Source: Crocinitomicaceae bacterium
Lineage (GTDB): Bacteria; Bacteroidota; Bacteroidia; Flavobacteriales_D; Crocinitomicaceae
Direction of reading: 5' to 3'
DNA length: 64,000 bases
Assembly: GCA_033791225.1 (NCBI GenBank)
Contig: JASJHD010000008.1
Location: 189,814-253,813, forward strand
Shown: positions 57,601 to 64,000 of the stretch, one piece after another
How positions within the stretch are numbered: position 1 is the first letter of the stretch
Layout of the letters: the number at the start of each line of letters is the position of its first letter
Notes under the pieces: model-generated
Told to the model about the DNA's origin: nothing
Databases searched by the model: none
What the model saw: only the letters and a program-made list of their open reading frames with translations
Translations under genes and position numbers: made by a program

Positions 57601-58526
57601 AATTGTCCAGCATCTGCATCTGAAGCATTGACATCGAAACAGATTGTCGCACCTTCACAAATGGTGATTTCGTAAACTCCTGGAACACCATTAATTCCTG
57701 ATATTGTGGGGATGGTATTGGTACATGGACGAATCACGAATTGGATGTCACGCATGATTGACCCAATCAGTACTCCATTTCTATACTCTTCAATTAATAT
57801 GGCTACTACAGCTACTTGAGGGACGTTTGGCGTGAAAGTTATTTGTCCAGTTGCGGGGTCCAATACTAAAGGAACTGTAAAAGGGTTTACTCCACTAAAC
57901 CCACCGTTATAGTTTACGGAGGTTCCTGCGGATTGCAAAGCATTCACAAGTGAATAAACCAACAAATCACCGTCAGCATCAAATGCCAATTGCTGAAAAT
58001 TTATCGTTTGCCCAACGCATCCAAAGAACTGAGGGACGCTTGAAAAGGCAGGAGATGTATCTGCTAAACCTCCAGTGTTGTCTAAGTGAGCTTCAATATA
58101 AATCGCTTGACTACTGGGTCCAGATAAATTCGTGATTGCGGCGTTTCTACAGCACGCGCTGGTCCACAGTACCCAATCAGAACAACCTGGAGGTAAATTT
58201 AATGTTCCTTCAAATACCAATAATTCTATTCCCAAACTTCCCCCACCGTTACAAGCGCTGGGTTCTGAAGGACACAATGGAGTAACATCTGTTGTTGACT
58301 GTAGGCTCAGTGTAATGCTTGAATTCACTCCGCATGACGCCGATGAATAATTTACGGTTTGTGATGTTCCTACGGTGACCCCGTTACAATCACGGTATAC
58401 TTTAAATGTTACCAAGTATTGATTTGGCCCAACGTATGTATAAGTAAGTTCTCCACCTGAATAGTGCGACGCGCTTGCCATAAGCCCAAATGAAATTGTA
58501 AAAATAAGAGCTAAAATGGCGCGCAT
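51621..58526 (-). CDS. Giant (about 2301 aa) cell-surface adhesin with T9SS type-B (gliding-motility-associated, CHU_C-type) C-terminal domain
   Basis: The signal peptide starts at ATG 58526 (MRAILALIFTISFGLMASA), followed by SHYSGGELTYTYVG...YRDCNG. Ig-like modules, a beta-helix-like segment, a Gly-rich core, 7 x 54-aa repeats and a PKD-like module (WSFGDGE) follow. The C-terminus is YYVPNTFTPDGDEFNQDFRPV...IYNRWGELIFE...WDG......SGTYTW. The track start at 58673 adds 49 non-signal residues and would contain the promoter box. Confidence 0.9.
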   Translation of the reverse strand: MRAILALIFTISFGLMASASHYSGGELTYTYVGPNQYLVTFKVYRDCNGVTVGTSQTVNYSSASCGVNSSITLSLQSTTDVTPLCPSEPSACNGGGSLGIELLVFEGTLNLPPGCSDWVLWTSACCRNAAITNLSGPSSQAIYIEAHLDNTGGLADTSPAFSSVPQFFGCVGQTINFQQLAFDADGDLLVYSLVNALQSAGTSVNYNGGFSGVNPFTVPLVLDPATGQITFTPNVPQVAVVAILIEEYRNGVLIGSIMRDIQFVIRPCTNTIPTISGINGVPGVYEITICEGATICFDVNASDADAGQLVSMVYDNSIPGAVFNLGGTPTNPVGTFCWSTSIGDVGSYPFSITSEDDACPLIGQNTAVYTINVVPNPHPVVDAGLDQSICAGETVILNATSGADPLTIASYEWTPVTDLTNPANATTDATPGSTTSYTVTLTYTDGCTSTDAAMITVLSDPAADVFPDAADACAGANFLLTGTTDQVGMNFEWFDPAMTSLGTGTVAGSQTTMSVTVPSTAGTYAYILVVTNPTSGCQSTDTAYLTVGTPPALPSCVNIYVSTTGNAAAAGTQTAPTTLAEGLNMAACNDAVIKLATGTYNIDNALTIGSFVTLEGGFNQGAGWTKTSLPGATTINRTSANPEGPVNGQRLVAFYANGSIGFRLQDLTVTTDNGNQPGMSTYGLHLTACGDYNIVRCQIFSGDAAQGILGSLGAPGETGVNGAGGQNGNNDDDNNGGGGGNGGNGGGAANAGAGGNCCSVNAFNGGAGGAPVGINGGGGAGGGSGGGEDRDGGVGGNGGGGGGASGTAGQESGCNSSVNCGSSESGNDAGNGVAGANGTNGAAGSAGAHIGGFWTPGGIGGNGTNGTGGAGGGGGGGGAGEGGLFCIDGHGSGGGGGGGGGQAGTAGAGGTGGGSSFAVYLFLNGTNGNIIDSDLTSGTLGAGGTAGAGGNGGNGGNGGNGSTYTGGEVGCGGDGGIGGKGGNGGDGGSGQPGETSQTYTGGGSALATSITNFGLTTQPTITAENINCTDTDVDFTAPGSVTWNFTGNATPQSPTGALVTTQFSVVDRYDIIAGVDTYTGFHNIAFSNNIIPEIISTAPALTPDTFILCVGDFATFESLYYGDTYLWDFDGAIPNPGNIQVVTSQFNTPGFFTISMVMTTDCCGMAPADIVYLHVLPVPAVGGSGDVTMCEGESSVLSLFGLAPTDSVVWSPTTGLVPAGIGSVSVNPLTTTTYTATVYSTTIVGGQMIVSCPTSIDFTVTVNQFPTVTMSSTDVLCSDDGTATATVSSPGLYNFSWDNGIIENGVTSSTITGLPFANYGVTITDATTGCAITDSIDVFPSASVPVVYIQSLTGTCEGFTDGEATANASGGAAPIVFTWSTTDVGPTLTGLAEGAYWVTATDALGCSSTVTFDIPEHHMPDAEVITNGPICSGDSAYFSIIGHDGATLIYNFGGLDSTLLFTSDTMYVTVYNVTTDLTMNLISIGDVHCSNTLGTTATVVVNPIPTVLIAHNGPICDGEDAQFDLTGAVDALVTYSINGGANQTITLTGGVGTIIIPAVSVNQVLLLDSIDDGNCPQALGTMDSVVVYPVESSIEDTSVCENTNHTYPDGAVELIIGNTIHLSTLTSVLGCDSIVTTNVTMSPIYVSVDDVSVCENDDYTYPDGVIETITANVSHVSNLLSVNGCDSTITTNITMLPTYAAIVDVAICEGDDYTYPDGTIETILGNTTQVSNLISSLGCDSIITTNITMNPVYASVDAVSVCENDDYTYPDGVVETILANVTHASNLLSINGCDSIITTNVTMLPVYALIVDVGVCEGDDHTYPDGTVETIIANSSHVSNLTTALGCDSIITTNVTMNPVYATIDAVSVCENEAYTYPDGTVETILVDVTHISDLLSINGCDSIITTNVTMLPTYSTTVDVAICEGDDFTYPDGITHTNILLDEVYTSQFAGLGGCDSLIITNVTVNPLPTVDAGTSVEICEGESVTLTAINPSGATIAWDNAVNDGVEFTPAVTTTYTVTATSADGCIATDDVNVNVHLNPQALFLADTLSGCSPLSVTFTNVSLGDPINCEWSFGDGEFDSGCTSVTHVFDESGAFTIQLNITDVFGCVDTLEYVDYIAVFDSPLAGFIADQYELDIFDTEVDFENTSVDAVTYEWIFGDESVSTEENPTHIFPDDADADYIVTLIATNGVCVDTVQAVVSINDVIVYYVPNTFTPDGDEFNQDFRPVFTSGIDEFNFVMRIYNRWGELIFETSDVSSGWDGTYMGHLVQSGTYTWTIQFQELMSDKDHTATGHVNVLR
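52620..53745. repeat. Seven in-frame 162-bp tandem repeats with a 324-bp (two-unit) super-period
   Basis: Protein unit: [VI]CE[NG]..[YH]TYPDG..E.I..N..H.S.L.S..GCDSI[IV]TTN[IV]TM.P.Y......V. Units alternate between VCEN-type and ICEGD-type. At the DNA level, units two apart are visibly about 90% identical (for example 52795-52860 against 53119-53184). Confidence 0.9.
55520..56400. repeat. Glycine-rich low-complexity coding segment (~295 aa)
   Basis: GGNGGNGGNGGNG, GGGGGGGGAGEGG and GGIGGKGGNGGDGGSG tracts are interspersed with Cys-containing islands (GNCCSVNAF, GCNSSVNCG, LFCIDGHG, EVGCGG). By eye, roughly half the residues are Gly. Confidence 0.9.
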
Positions 58527-58600
58527 AAGTAGAGTTTTGTCTACACCGTAAGATGCAGGTTGAAGTAGTAATAGTCTTATCCAATCGAAATCGGAATACT

Positions 58601-58608
58601 CAAAGTTA
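58601..58608 (-). promoter_or_regulatory. Candidate -7 box (TAACTTTG on minus strand) for the giant adhesin gene
   Basis: The + strand reads CAAAGTTA, 74 nt upstream of ATG 58526. Confidence 0.3.
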
Positions 58609-58747
58609 TAGAAAACCCAGCGTTTAACAAATAATGGAGTGAGATACCTGCTATTTCTCCATTTCAAATTCATTAAATTATTGTGAGAAATTGCGAGAGC
58701 AATGTTAACTTTGCGACATGATTAGTAGGAATTCGACTAATTGTACT

Positions 58748-58786
58748 GCCTCGTGGCGCAACTGATACTTTGGTGTATTTCGTCAC
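58748..58786 (+). pseudogene. Degenerate copy of the 5' half of tRNA-Arg
   Basis: GCCTCGTGGCGCAACTGATA aligns with tRNA positions 2-22 (GCCCTGTGGCGCAACTGAATA). GGTGTATTTCGTCAC aligns with the anticodon arm (CTGGATTTCGGCTCC). There is no T-arm or 3' acceptor strand. Confidence 0.55.
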
Positions 58787-58801
58787 TACACATAGCAAAA
58801 T

Positions 58802-58875
58802 GGCCCTGTGGCGCAACTGAATAGCGCACTGGATTTCGGCTCCAGCGGTTACAGGTTTGAATCCTGTCAGGGTCA
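58802..58875 (+). tRNA. tRNA-Arg (anticodon TCG)
   Basis: Manual fold of 74 nt: acceptor GGCCCTG/CAGGGTC, D-stem GCGC/GCGC, anticodon stem CTGGA/TCCAG with loop TTTCGGC, 5-nt variable loop, T-stem ACAGG/CCTGT with loop TTTGAAT, discriminator A. CCA is not encoded. Confidence 0.9.
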
Positions 58876-58880
58876 CAGAT

Positions 58881-58915
58881 AAAGTCCTTCCTTAATTGGA
58901 GGGACTTTTATTTTG
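58881..58915 (+). terminator. Rho-independent terminator after tRNA-Arg
   Basis: AGTCCTTCC-TTAATT-GGAGGGACT forms a 9-bp stem (one G-U pair) followed by TTTTATTTT. Confidence 0.8.
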
Positions 58916-59143
58916 TCTAAAGGTCTGATGGTTTGCCTAAGTTTGAAATGTTGAGATGGGACGGGATTTGGGACAGAATATATCACAAACCTACTCCGAC
59001 CGCACTTTGATTCTTCTAACTACCATCCCTATTTATCTTTAGAATTAAGGTGCAATATGTGTGTATGTGATAGTAGAGTCGAGAGCATCAGTAACTGTCA
59101 TAGTATATGACACTGTTCCCGTATCACCAATAATGGTTATAAA

Positions 59144-59455
59144 TCAATTTAACCAAGTGGTATCTGGTGCTGGATATACAAAGTACATGATTCCTTCTTC
59201 ATCTGTAAAAATGCTGTCTTCACCATGCTGATTTAATAAAGCTATATCACTTTGTGGTCCTAGCTCATATTCCCTACCGTTTTCATCAACATACGGTTCA
59301 TATATCATCGTTTCAGTAGACTCATCAATTGTAAGACTGTCGGTTGTTTGTGAATCCGTTTCAGAGGTTTCGGTCGTGGAATTATCTGATCCACATGAAC
59401 CTAATAATATCGCTATTCCTAAAATAAAGTAGTTTGTCTTTTTCATATCTAACAA
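59144..59455 (-). CDS. Small acidic lipoprotein, unknown function
   Basis: Signal peptide with lipobox LLGSCGSD. 103 aa. Confidence 0.6.
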   Translation of the reverse strand: MLDMKKTNYFILGIAILLGSCGSDNSTTETSETDSQTTDSLTIDESTETMIYEPYVDENGREYELGPQSDIALLNQHGEDSIFTDEEGIMYFVYPAPDTTWLN

Positions 59456-59540
59456 TTTATTGAATTACAATTTCCTGAACCTATGTTGACTATAGTCCTC
59501 GTAGATTACCTTTTCTGGTGAAAATTGAGTGACATTAATA

Positions 59541-61364
59541 TTAAAAGGTTCTAACCGCTCTTACTTGTAGCACCATTGATTTATTTGTAGCACCCCCTCC
59601 AGCATCAATTGAAATTCCTCTTGCTTCAAGGTCACCCAGTGATACATTCTCAGATGAGCTCCAATAATCATCGAACGGAACAAGTCCACTTCCACCAGCC
59701 GCAACAAAATTTGCGTTTAAACTTGAGCCGCCCATTATTTCACCCAAACTCGGTAAATACCAATCACCAAATCCACCGGACGTGTAATCAAGACAAAGTT
59801 TTGCTGCTATGTTCGGTGTGGCGCAACCAGCTGCAATACTTGAAGTGTTCGATGATCCCAATCCCATTGCTGTGCCGTTGACACCTATTTCTGTTCCTTC
59901 ACATCCCCATTCTGCTGATCCTGCATCAGTAAGGGCGCAAACTATTCCATGCTCACCTGTTCCGTCTAAGTAGATAATTATTCCACCTTCATGGAAATCT
60001 CCTATTGCCAAACCGCCAATTGTTACGGTAGCGTTAAACGTCTGTGATATGTTAACGTGTCCATCATCGTAAACTAAATCGTATGAAAAGTCTTGATCTT
60101 CTACTGTATTATCCGTAGCAATGGCTACTTGCCAATTGTCGTCAACTATTTGAGTGTTTAATAAAATTACTTCACTATTATTAATATTAGCAACAGAGAG
60201 GAAACGATCAAAATCTACAACCTTAGTTTGACTTATAAATTCAGGTCTCCAGATCAGGGCTTGGCTAACATGCTGAATATAATCATCATATGCACTAATG
60301 AAATCATTAAAAGTACTTGCGAAATCCCCAAGAATTCCTGTTTGAGTGACGTCCGATGGGTTAAGACTTCTAAATTTAATTGTCGTAAAAATGTTTTTCA
60401 CTTCACCGTTTGACCATGTTAAAGCTGCCTTTTCTCCCTCCGCTTGTATCTCTTCAGCAACAAACTCATCAGTACCTGTCTGAAATAAGTTATCTGTGAA
60501 AGCCTTAATTCTTCTTCCCAACAAATTAATAAAGGTGAATTGAGCAAATTGGTTTTCAGTTGCCTCATACAGCGTAGCCAGTTTACTAAGCGTGTTATCA
60601 GTTTTAGCATTAATGTATTCCGAAGCCTGGCACCACTTATATTGTACAATTAGACCCAATCCTTTAAATAGGTGTCCATTAGCTCGAGCATCTACTGCGG
60701 CTTGATGTATGTTATCACACTCCATGGATTTCAAATCAAGATAACTGTTGGAGGAAACATTAGAAAAAGCATTAATCCATTCAATATTTGCTTCTAAAAT
60801 ATTCGCTAATTTCTGCTTTTCTTGAGGTGTCATCGCTGCTAATTGAGCATCCGCTTGTTGCTGAATATTATCCCATACTGCAGCGTCGCTTGATGTTGTA
60901 GAAGGGTCAAGCACTCCATCAGCCAACAATGAATCAACAAAAATGTTGTTTGCATCAATAATCAAATCCAATTGAGAAATGTAATCTAGGATATATTGAT
61001 CGGGATTTGCGACTGAGATTGGTGCTAAAATTTCTAACGTAAATGAATAATCCGTTCCATCAATCGACACATTCAAGTCATAGTCTCCAGCGCCTAAATC
61101 TGGAACGCTAAAACTGATGCTTTTCCCAGCTCTTATTAGCTCAACGTCAGTACTGCCAACTGTCCCAAAATAAGTCTGAGCCGAAAGTGACATATATGTT
61201 TCAACCGTGAGTATCTCACCTGGATGTCCACTGGTTTTATCCAATTGAATCGTTTCTCCACTTTCTATTATTGGAGAATCTGGATCTGCTATGTCCTCTT
61301 TCTTACAAGAATCGACCGTAAAAAGGAATGATACGGCTAAACAAGCTACAAGTAGTTTTTTCAT
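59541..61364 (-). CDS. Lipoprotein with C-terminal DUF1566 (Lcl C-terminal-like) domain
   Basis: ATG 61364 gives MKKLLVACLAVSFLFTVDSC (lipobox); the track start at 61385 is TTG. The C-terminus GGIIIYLDGTGEHGIVCALTDAG.AEWG...G.SNT..I...C.....AAKLC.....GGFGDWYLPSLGE...DYWSSSE matches the DUF1566 pattern (from memory). Confidence 0.75.
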   Translation of the reverse strand: MKKLLVACLAVSFLFTVDSCKKEDIADPDSPIIESGETIQLDKTSGHPGEILTVETYMSLSAQTYFGTVGSTDVELIRAGKSISFSVPDLGAGDYDLNVSIDGTDYSFTLEILAPISVANPDQYILDYISQLDLIIDANNIFVDSLLADGVLDPSTTSSDAAVWDNIQQQADAQLAAMTPQEKQKLANILEANIEWINAFSNVSSNSYLDLKSMECDNIHQAAVDARANGHLFKGLGLIVQYKWCQASEYINAKTDNTLSKLATLYEATENQFAQFTFINLLGRRIKAFTDNLFQTGTDEFVAEEIQAEGEKAALTWSNGEVKNIFTTIKFRSLNPSDVTQTGILGDFASTFNDFISAYDDYIQHVSQALIWRPEFISQTKVVDFDRFLSVANINNSEVILLNTQIVDDNWQVAIATDNTVEDQDFSYDLVYDDGHVNISQTFNATVTIGGLAIGDFHEGGIIIYLDGTGEHGIVCALTDAGSAEWGCEGTEIGVNGTAMGLGSSNTSSIAAGCATPNIAAKLCLDYTSGGFGDWYLPSLGEIMGGSSLNANFVAAGGSGLVPFDDYWSSSENVSLGDLEARGISIDAGGGATNKSMVLQVRAVRTF

Positions 61365-61533
61365 GGCAATGGCTTTGAGGGTCAAATGTACTGATAACCA
61401 TCCATCTAACCTATACCTACAAATGGGTACTACTATCTGTACAGGTCAATACAACACAAGGTAGCAGTTTACGTTACATCAAACATTTTAAATCCTCTAT
61501 AAAGTTTGAACTGGAGACCGTTGGGGTCACATT

Positions 61534-61564
61534 TAAAAGCTCAGACTTTGTCTGGGCTTTTTTG
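61534..61564. terminator. Hairpin terminator downstream of the 61578 gene (usable on both strands)
   Basis: TTAAAAGCTCAGACTTTGTCTGGGCTTTTTTG forms an 8-bp stem (one G-U pair) with a 3-nt loop and A/T runs on both sides. Confidence 0.7.
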
Positions 61565-61577
61565 TTCCCAAAAGGGT

Positions 61578-62675
61578 TCAAACATCTTCAATGATTTCAA
61601 GGATTGCCTCCTTGGCTATTTTTAGACCTTTTCTCTTCTCGTTCTTTTTCAATTTATATTTTTCTTCGGAATCAACATTACCCCCTTTACTGATCTCAAG
61701 AATTGCAAATTTTAGTAAAAGTGATGACCTCAAGTCAACATAGCCTGACTGCCAAAATTTCTCAACATTCAACCCGAGTCTTTGTACGTTACAATCCTTC
61801 ATTTGAAATTGGGATAACCCTTCAAACAAAGTATTTAAGTTCGCTTTATTGAGTATTATAGAATTTGAGCCTTTAAAAGACGAATTAATTCTATTGGTCA
61901 ATACTCTTTTAATTAAAATCGTATGTTGCTTTCTGTGAATTCGAGCAAATACAAAATCGATTGAGTTCCGATAATAAAAAGAAGATATTGATGTAAAAAT
62001 TTTTACAGATTTATATAATCTATTTTCACTGAGCGTAGGTTCAAATTTAAACTGAAACTGAAACTTGGGTTCCTTGGTGATAACAGCCTCCTTCGTACTG
62101 TGTGAATCACGATGAGCAAAATTATATTGTGGGCTAAAATCTATGTCATCTAACTTATACCAATCTTTCGCATCATTCATTCTACCTATTGAGAATCCCC
62201 CATCTTCTTGTGGCCACATTACCCCATAAAAATCAGAAACCAATTGGAATCCACTTTCATTAAGGTAAAACTCTGCAGTTCCAACATTATCCTTGACGGG
62301 ATTCCAATAAGATTTGCAATAATCGATTTTCAGGGTGATCCAACTACCTAGTTCCTTATGAATTTGTGAACCTGTTTGTATACCCAATATTGCTGCATTA
62401 CTCAAATCAAACTTTTTAAGCCTTTCGTGTTTGGTGAGTAGTTTAGTAGAAATGAATTGACCGAATTCATCCCATCGGATCTTCTGTGCCCAAGAACTGA
62501 ATTTACGACCGAAATAAGTAGATGAAGGGTAAAATATCTGCAGCTCTATTTCAGACTCTGTAAGAATTAAGTGTCCATGAAAGCTTTCAGGGCAAAGTTC
62601 CTTCCCAGAATAAAAAGAGTCAAAACCGACATCTTTAAATTTTATTTCAAGACAATATTCTTTGTTCTCACTCAT
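61578..62675 (-). CDS. Uncharacterised 365-aa protein; possible ApeA-like/HEPN-type effector (speculative)
   Basis: ATG 62675 is preceded by AGGAGGGGT, an AGGAGG box that is unusual for Bacteroidota. The track start at 62741 is a TTG overlapping the Fic gene. ARIHRKQH fits the HEPN Rx4-6H pattern. The N-terminus GHLILTESEIELQIF is reminiscent of ApeA N-domains. The gene is very AT-rich. I recognise no family with confidence. Confidence 0.7.
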   Translation of the reverse strand: MSENKEYCLEIKFKDVGFDSFYSGKELCPESFHGHLILTESEIELQIFYPSSTYFGRKFSSWAQKIRWDEFGQFISTKLLTKHERLKKFDLSNAAILGIQTGSQIHKELGSWITLKIDYCKSYWNPVKDNVGTAEFYLNESGFQLVSDFYGVMWPQEDGGFSIGRMNDAKDWYKLDDIDFSPQYNFAHRDSHSTKEAVITKEPKFQFQFKFEPTLSENRLYKSVKIFTSISSFYYRNSIDFVFARIHRKQHTILIKRVLTNRINSSFKGSNSIILNKANLNTLFEGLSQFQMKDCNVQRLGLNVEKFWQSGYVDLRSSLLLKFAILEISKGGNVDSEEKYKLKKNEKRKGLKIAKEAILEIIEDV

Positions 62676-62709
62676 ACCCCTCCTACAATTTTTATCTTCT
62701 TCTAATTCA

Positions 62710-63960
62710 TTATACGTATTTGCAATTAAGTTCCATTTCAAAGTTCTCTACTTCTGTCAGAAGCTCTAACTCATAGGTGACATGTGTAGTGCCTTCAGGT
62801 AATTCAAGTTCCATAAACCGATGATTCCTATCAAAAAACAAAACACCATCAATTACAGGATTGATAGTCATCTCATTTAATAAATAGTCATCTGTTACAT
62901 CAATGGTTTTATTTTCCGCTTTAACAGTTAATTTGAAGGAGTTTTTCAGATTAATTGGATTGAGCTTAATGTTTTCTAATTGAATCTTTGTGAATCCTTG
63001 ACTTAGATCTACTCTCCATGTTTTGAATTTTGATTCCAATGGGTTTTGATAGAATTTATAGGGAGGAAACTCTGAAGGTATAATGATCTCTTTTCGTTGT
63101 GGACCTCTTGTTGTCAATTTAGCAATTAGCTTAGTAAAATCTTCTATGTCCAACTCTGTGCTGGCCTTCTCTAACGCTTTCATGTAATCATTTCGTTCTT
63201 CAACCGTGACAACAGTCCAAGGATAACCTCCTGAAGCCAGCATCGTATTCATAAGAAAACGTCCCATTCTTCCATTTCCATCCATATAAGGGTGGATATA
63301 TACAAAAATGAAATGTCCCAAAACGGCTCTAACAGATGCTTCAGGTTCTTGTTTCAATAATTCAAATAACGTTGGCATTGCATCACGTACTGCATTTTTG
63401 TTGAGTGGTACGTGTTTAGATTGACCAATGTAAACTTGACCAGAACGATATCCTGCTAAGTCGGAAGGTTTAAGTATTCCGGCAGTAACACTTGGGGAAA
63501 ACAATTCAAGATACCAATCACCATGTTCATCTTCAATGACATCACCTGCATTTTCACCAGCCATTATTTTACGAATGCTATCACGAACTTTTTGAGTGGC
63601 TTGCCAATATCCTCTAGCTGCCATTGCATCACGTTGTTTTTTATCTTCCGCATTGTCAGTTGTGTCCCATTCTCCACTTCGTACACGATCAATCAACTCC
63701 CAGCTTACCTTATACCTCTCAATAGACAACGAATGATAAGCATCCAGCACGTAAATTGCTTCTACTTGTTTCATGTAATTGTCCACGTTTTTTGGAATGC
63801 CTGGTGCTTTTGGGAAATTTGCTATTACAACCTCTCGCATATCTGTCCAAATCAATTTAATACGTGTCGCATAGGGTGACACCTCCCTTTGACTTAATAG
63901 AGTAGTGGTTGGGTTTTCAAAAGGATCTGACTCTCTTACATCGTACCCAACTTTCTGCAT
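62710..63960 (-). CDS. Fic family protein (AMPylase-type) with ~130-aa non-canonical C-terminal extension; start may lie beyond window
   Basis: The Fic active-site motif is HPYMDGNGRMGR (HxFx[DE]GNGRxxR). An upstream helix, HSLSIERY, resembles the [ST]xxxE[GN] inhibitory motif with R in place of G/N. The reading frame upstream of Met 63960 stays open to position 64000. Confidence 0.88.
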   Translation of the reverse strand: MQKVGYDVRESDPFENPTTTLLSQREVSPYATRIKLIWTDMREVVIANFPKAPGIPKNVDNYMKQVEAIYVLDAYHSLSIERYKVSWELIDRVRSGEWDTTDNAEDKKQRDAMAARGYWQATQKVRDSIRKIMAGENAGDVIEDEHGDWYLELFSPSVTAGILKPSDLAGYRSGQVYIGQSKHVPLNKNAVRDAMPTLFELLKQEPEASVRAVLGHFIFVYIHPYMDGNGRMGRFLMNTMLASGGYPWTVVTVEERNDYMKALEKASTELDIEDFTKLIAKLTTRGPQRKEIIIPSEFPPYKFYQNPLESKFKTWRVDLSQGFTKIQLENIKLNPINLKNSFKLTVKAENKTIDVTDDYLLNEMTINPVIDGVLFFDRNHRFMELELPEGTTHVTYELELLTEVENFEMELNCKYV

Positions 63961-64000
63961 TGTTTTAAGAATCTCATCAGCAATTTTACCTTTACCTATA

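Noticed and set aside
59045-59143. In-frame 32-codon open stretch after the TGA of the 103-aa lipoprotein gene (FITIIGDTGTVSYTMTVTDALDSTITYTHIAP), suggesting read-through or a pseudogenised longer gene
   Set aside because: An open run of 33 codons is not very improbable by chance. There is no recoding signal (SECIS-like hairpin or slippery site), and the upstream ORF already ends in a plausible C-terminus. It is only worth a look if homologues turn out to be longer.
58876-64000. Calling the tRNA-proximal region a bona fide integrative genomic island
   Set aside because: No integrase, excisionase, transposase or 3'-tRNA direct repeat is visible in the window. Only the Fic cassette (61578-63960) is clearly AT-rich by spot counts, while the DUF1566 gene has core-like GC. 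It is kept as a hypothesis in the findings only.

Overview
This is a chromosomal segment of a Bacteroidota (Flavobacteriia-like) genome. Spot counts give about 40-43% GC in core genes. I count about 48 protein genes and one tRNA, with no rRNA, CRISPR array, transposase or integrase. All family calls were made by eye from motifs; no searches were run. Housekeeping genes (cysS, pgk, xseA, xseB, gatC, plsC, trpS, recO) are interleaved with many type IX secretion (T9SS) cargo genes that carry recognisable C-terminal sorting domains. The main items are as follows. (1) 6069-13120 holds a five-gene, translationally coupled operon of SpoIIM-like, DUF4129, DUF4350-like, MoxR and DUF58 genes, whose function is unknown. 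(2) 20875-23540 holds a phosphodiesterase-TPR-sulfotransferase fusion enzyme, preceded by an unlisted 50-codon ORF that overlaps its start by ATGA. (3) 42850-58526 is a co-directional minus-strand block. It starts with a giant (about 2301 aa) type-B-CTD adhesin that has a roughly 300-aa glycine-rich core and 7 x 54-aa tandem repeats. Then come a methyltransferase, YfhO, a GT2, a GT-C (ArnT/PMT-like) gene, a PorZ-like double-propeller protein and recO. This looks like an envelope-side glycosylation module tied to T9SS cargo. (4) 58748-64000 holds tRNA-Arg(TCG) with a degenerate copy of its 5' half just upstream. Further on is a markedly AT-rich cassette: a Fic protein with an odd C-terminal extension plus an uncharacterised protein with an Rx5H (HEPN-like) motif and an atypical AGGAGG ribosome-binding site. 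That cassette is my best candidate for an undescribed toxin or defence-type system. Several longest-ORF starts in the supplied track are TTG-initiated extensions, and I have trimmed them to ATG starts that sit behind TAnnTTTG promoter boxes.
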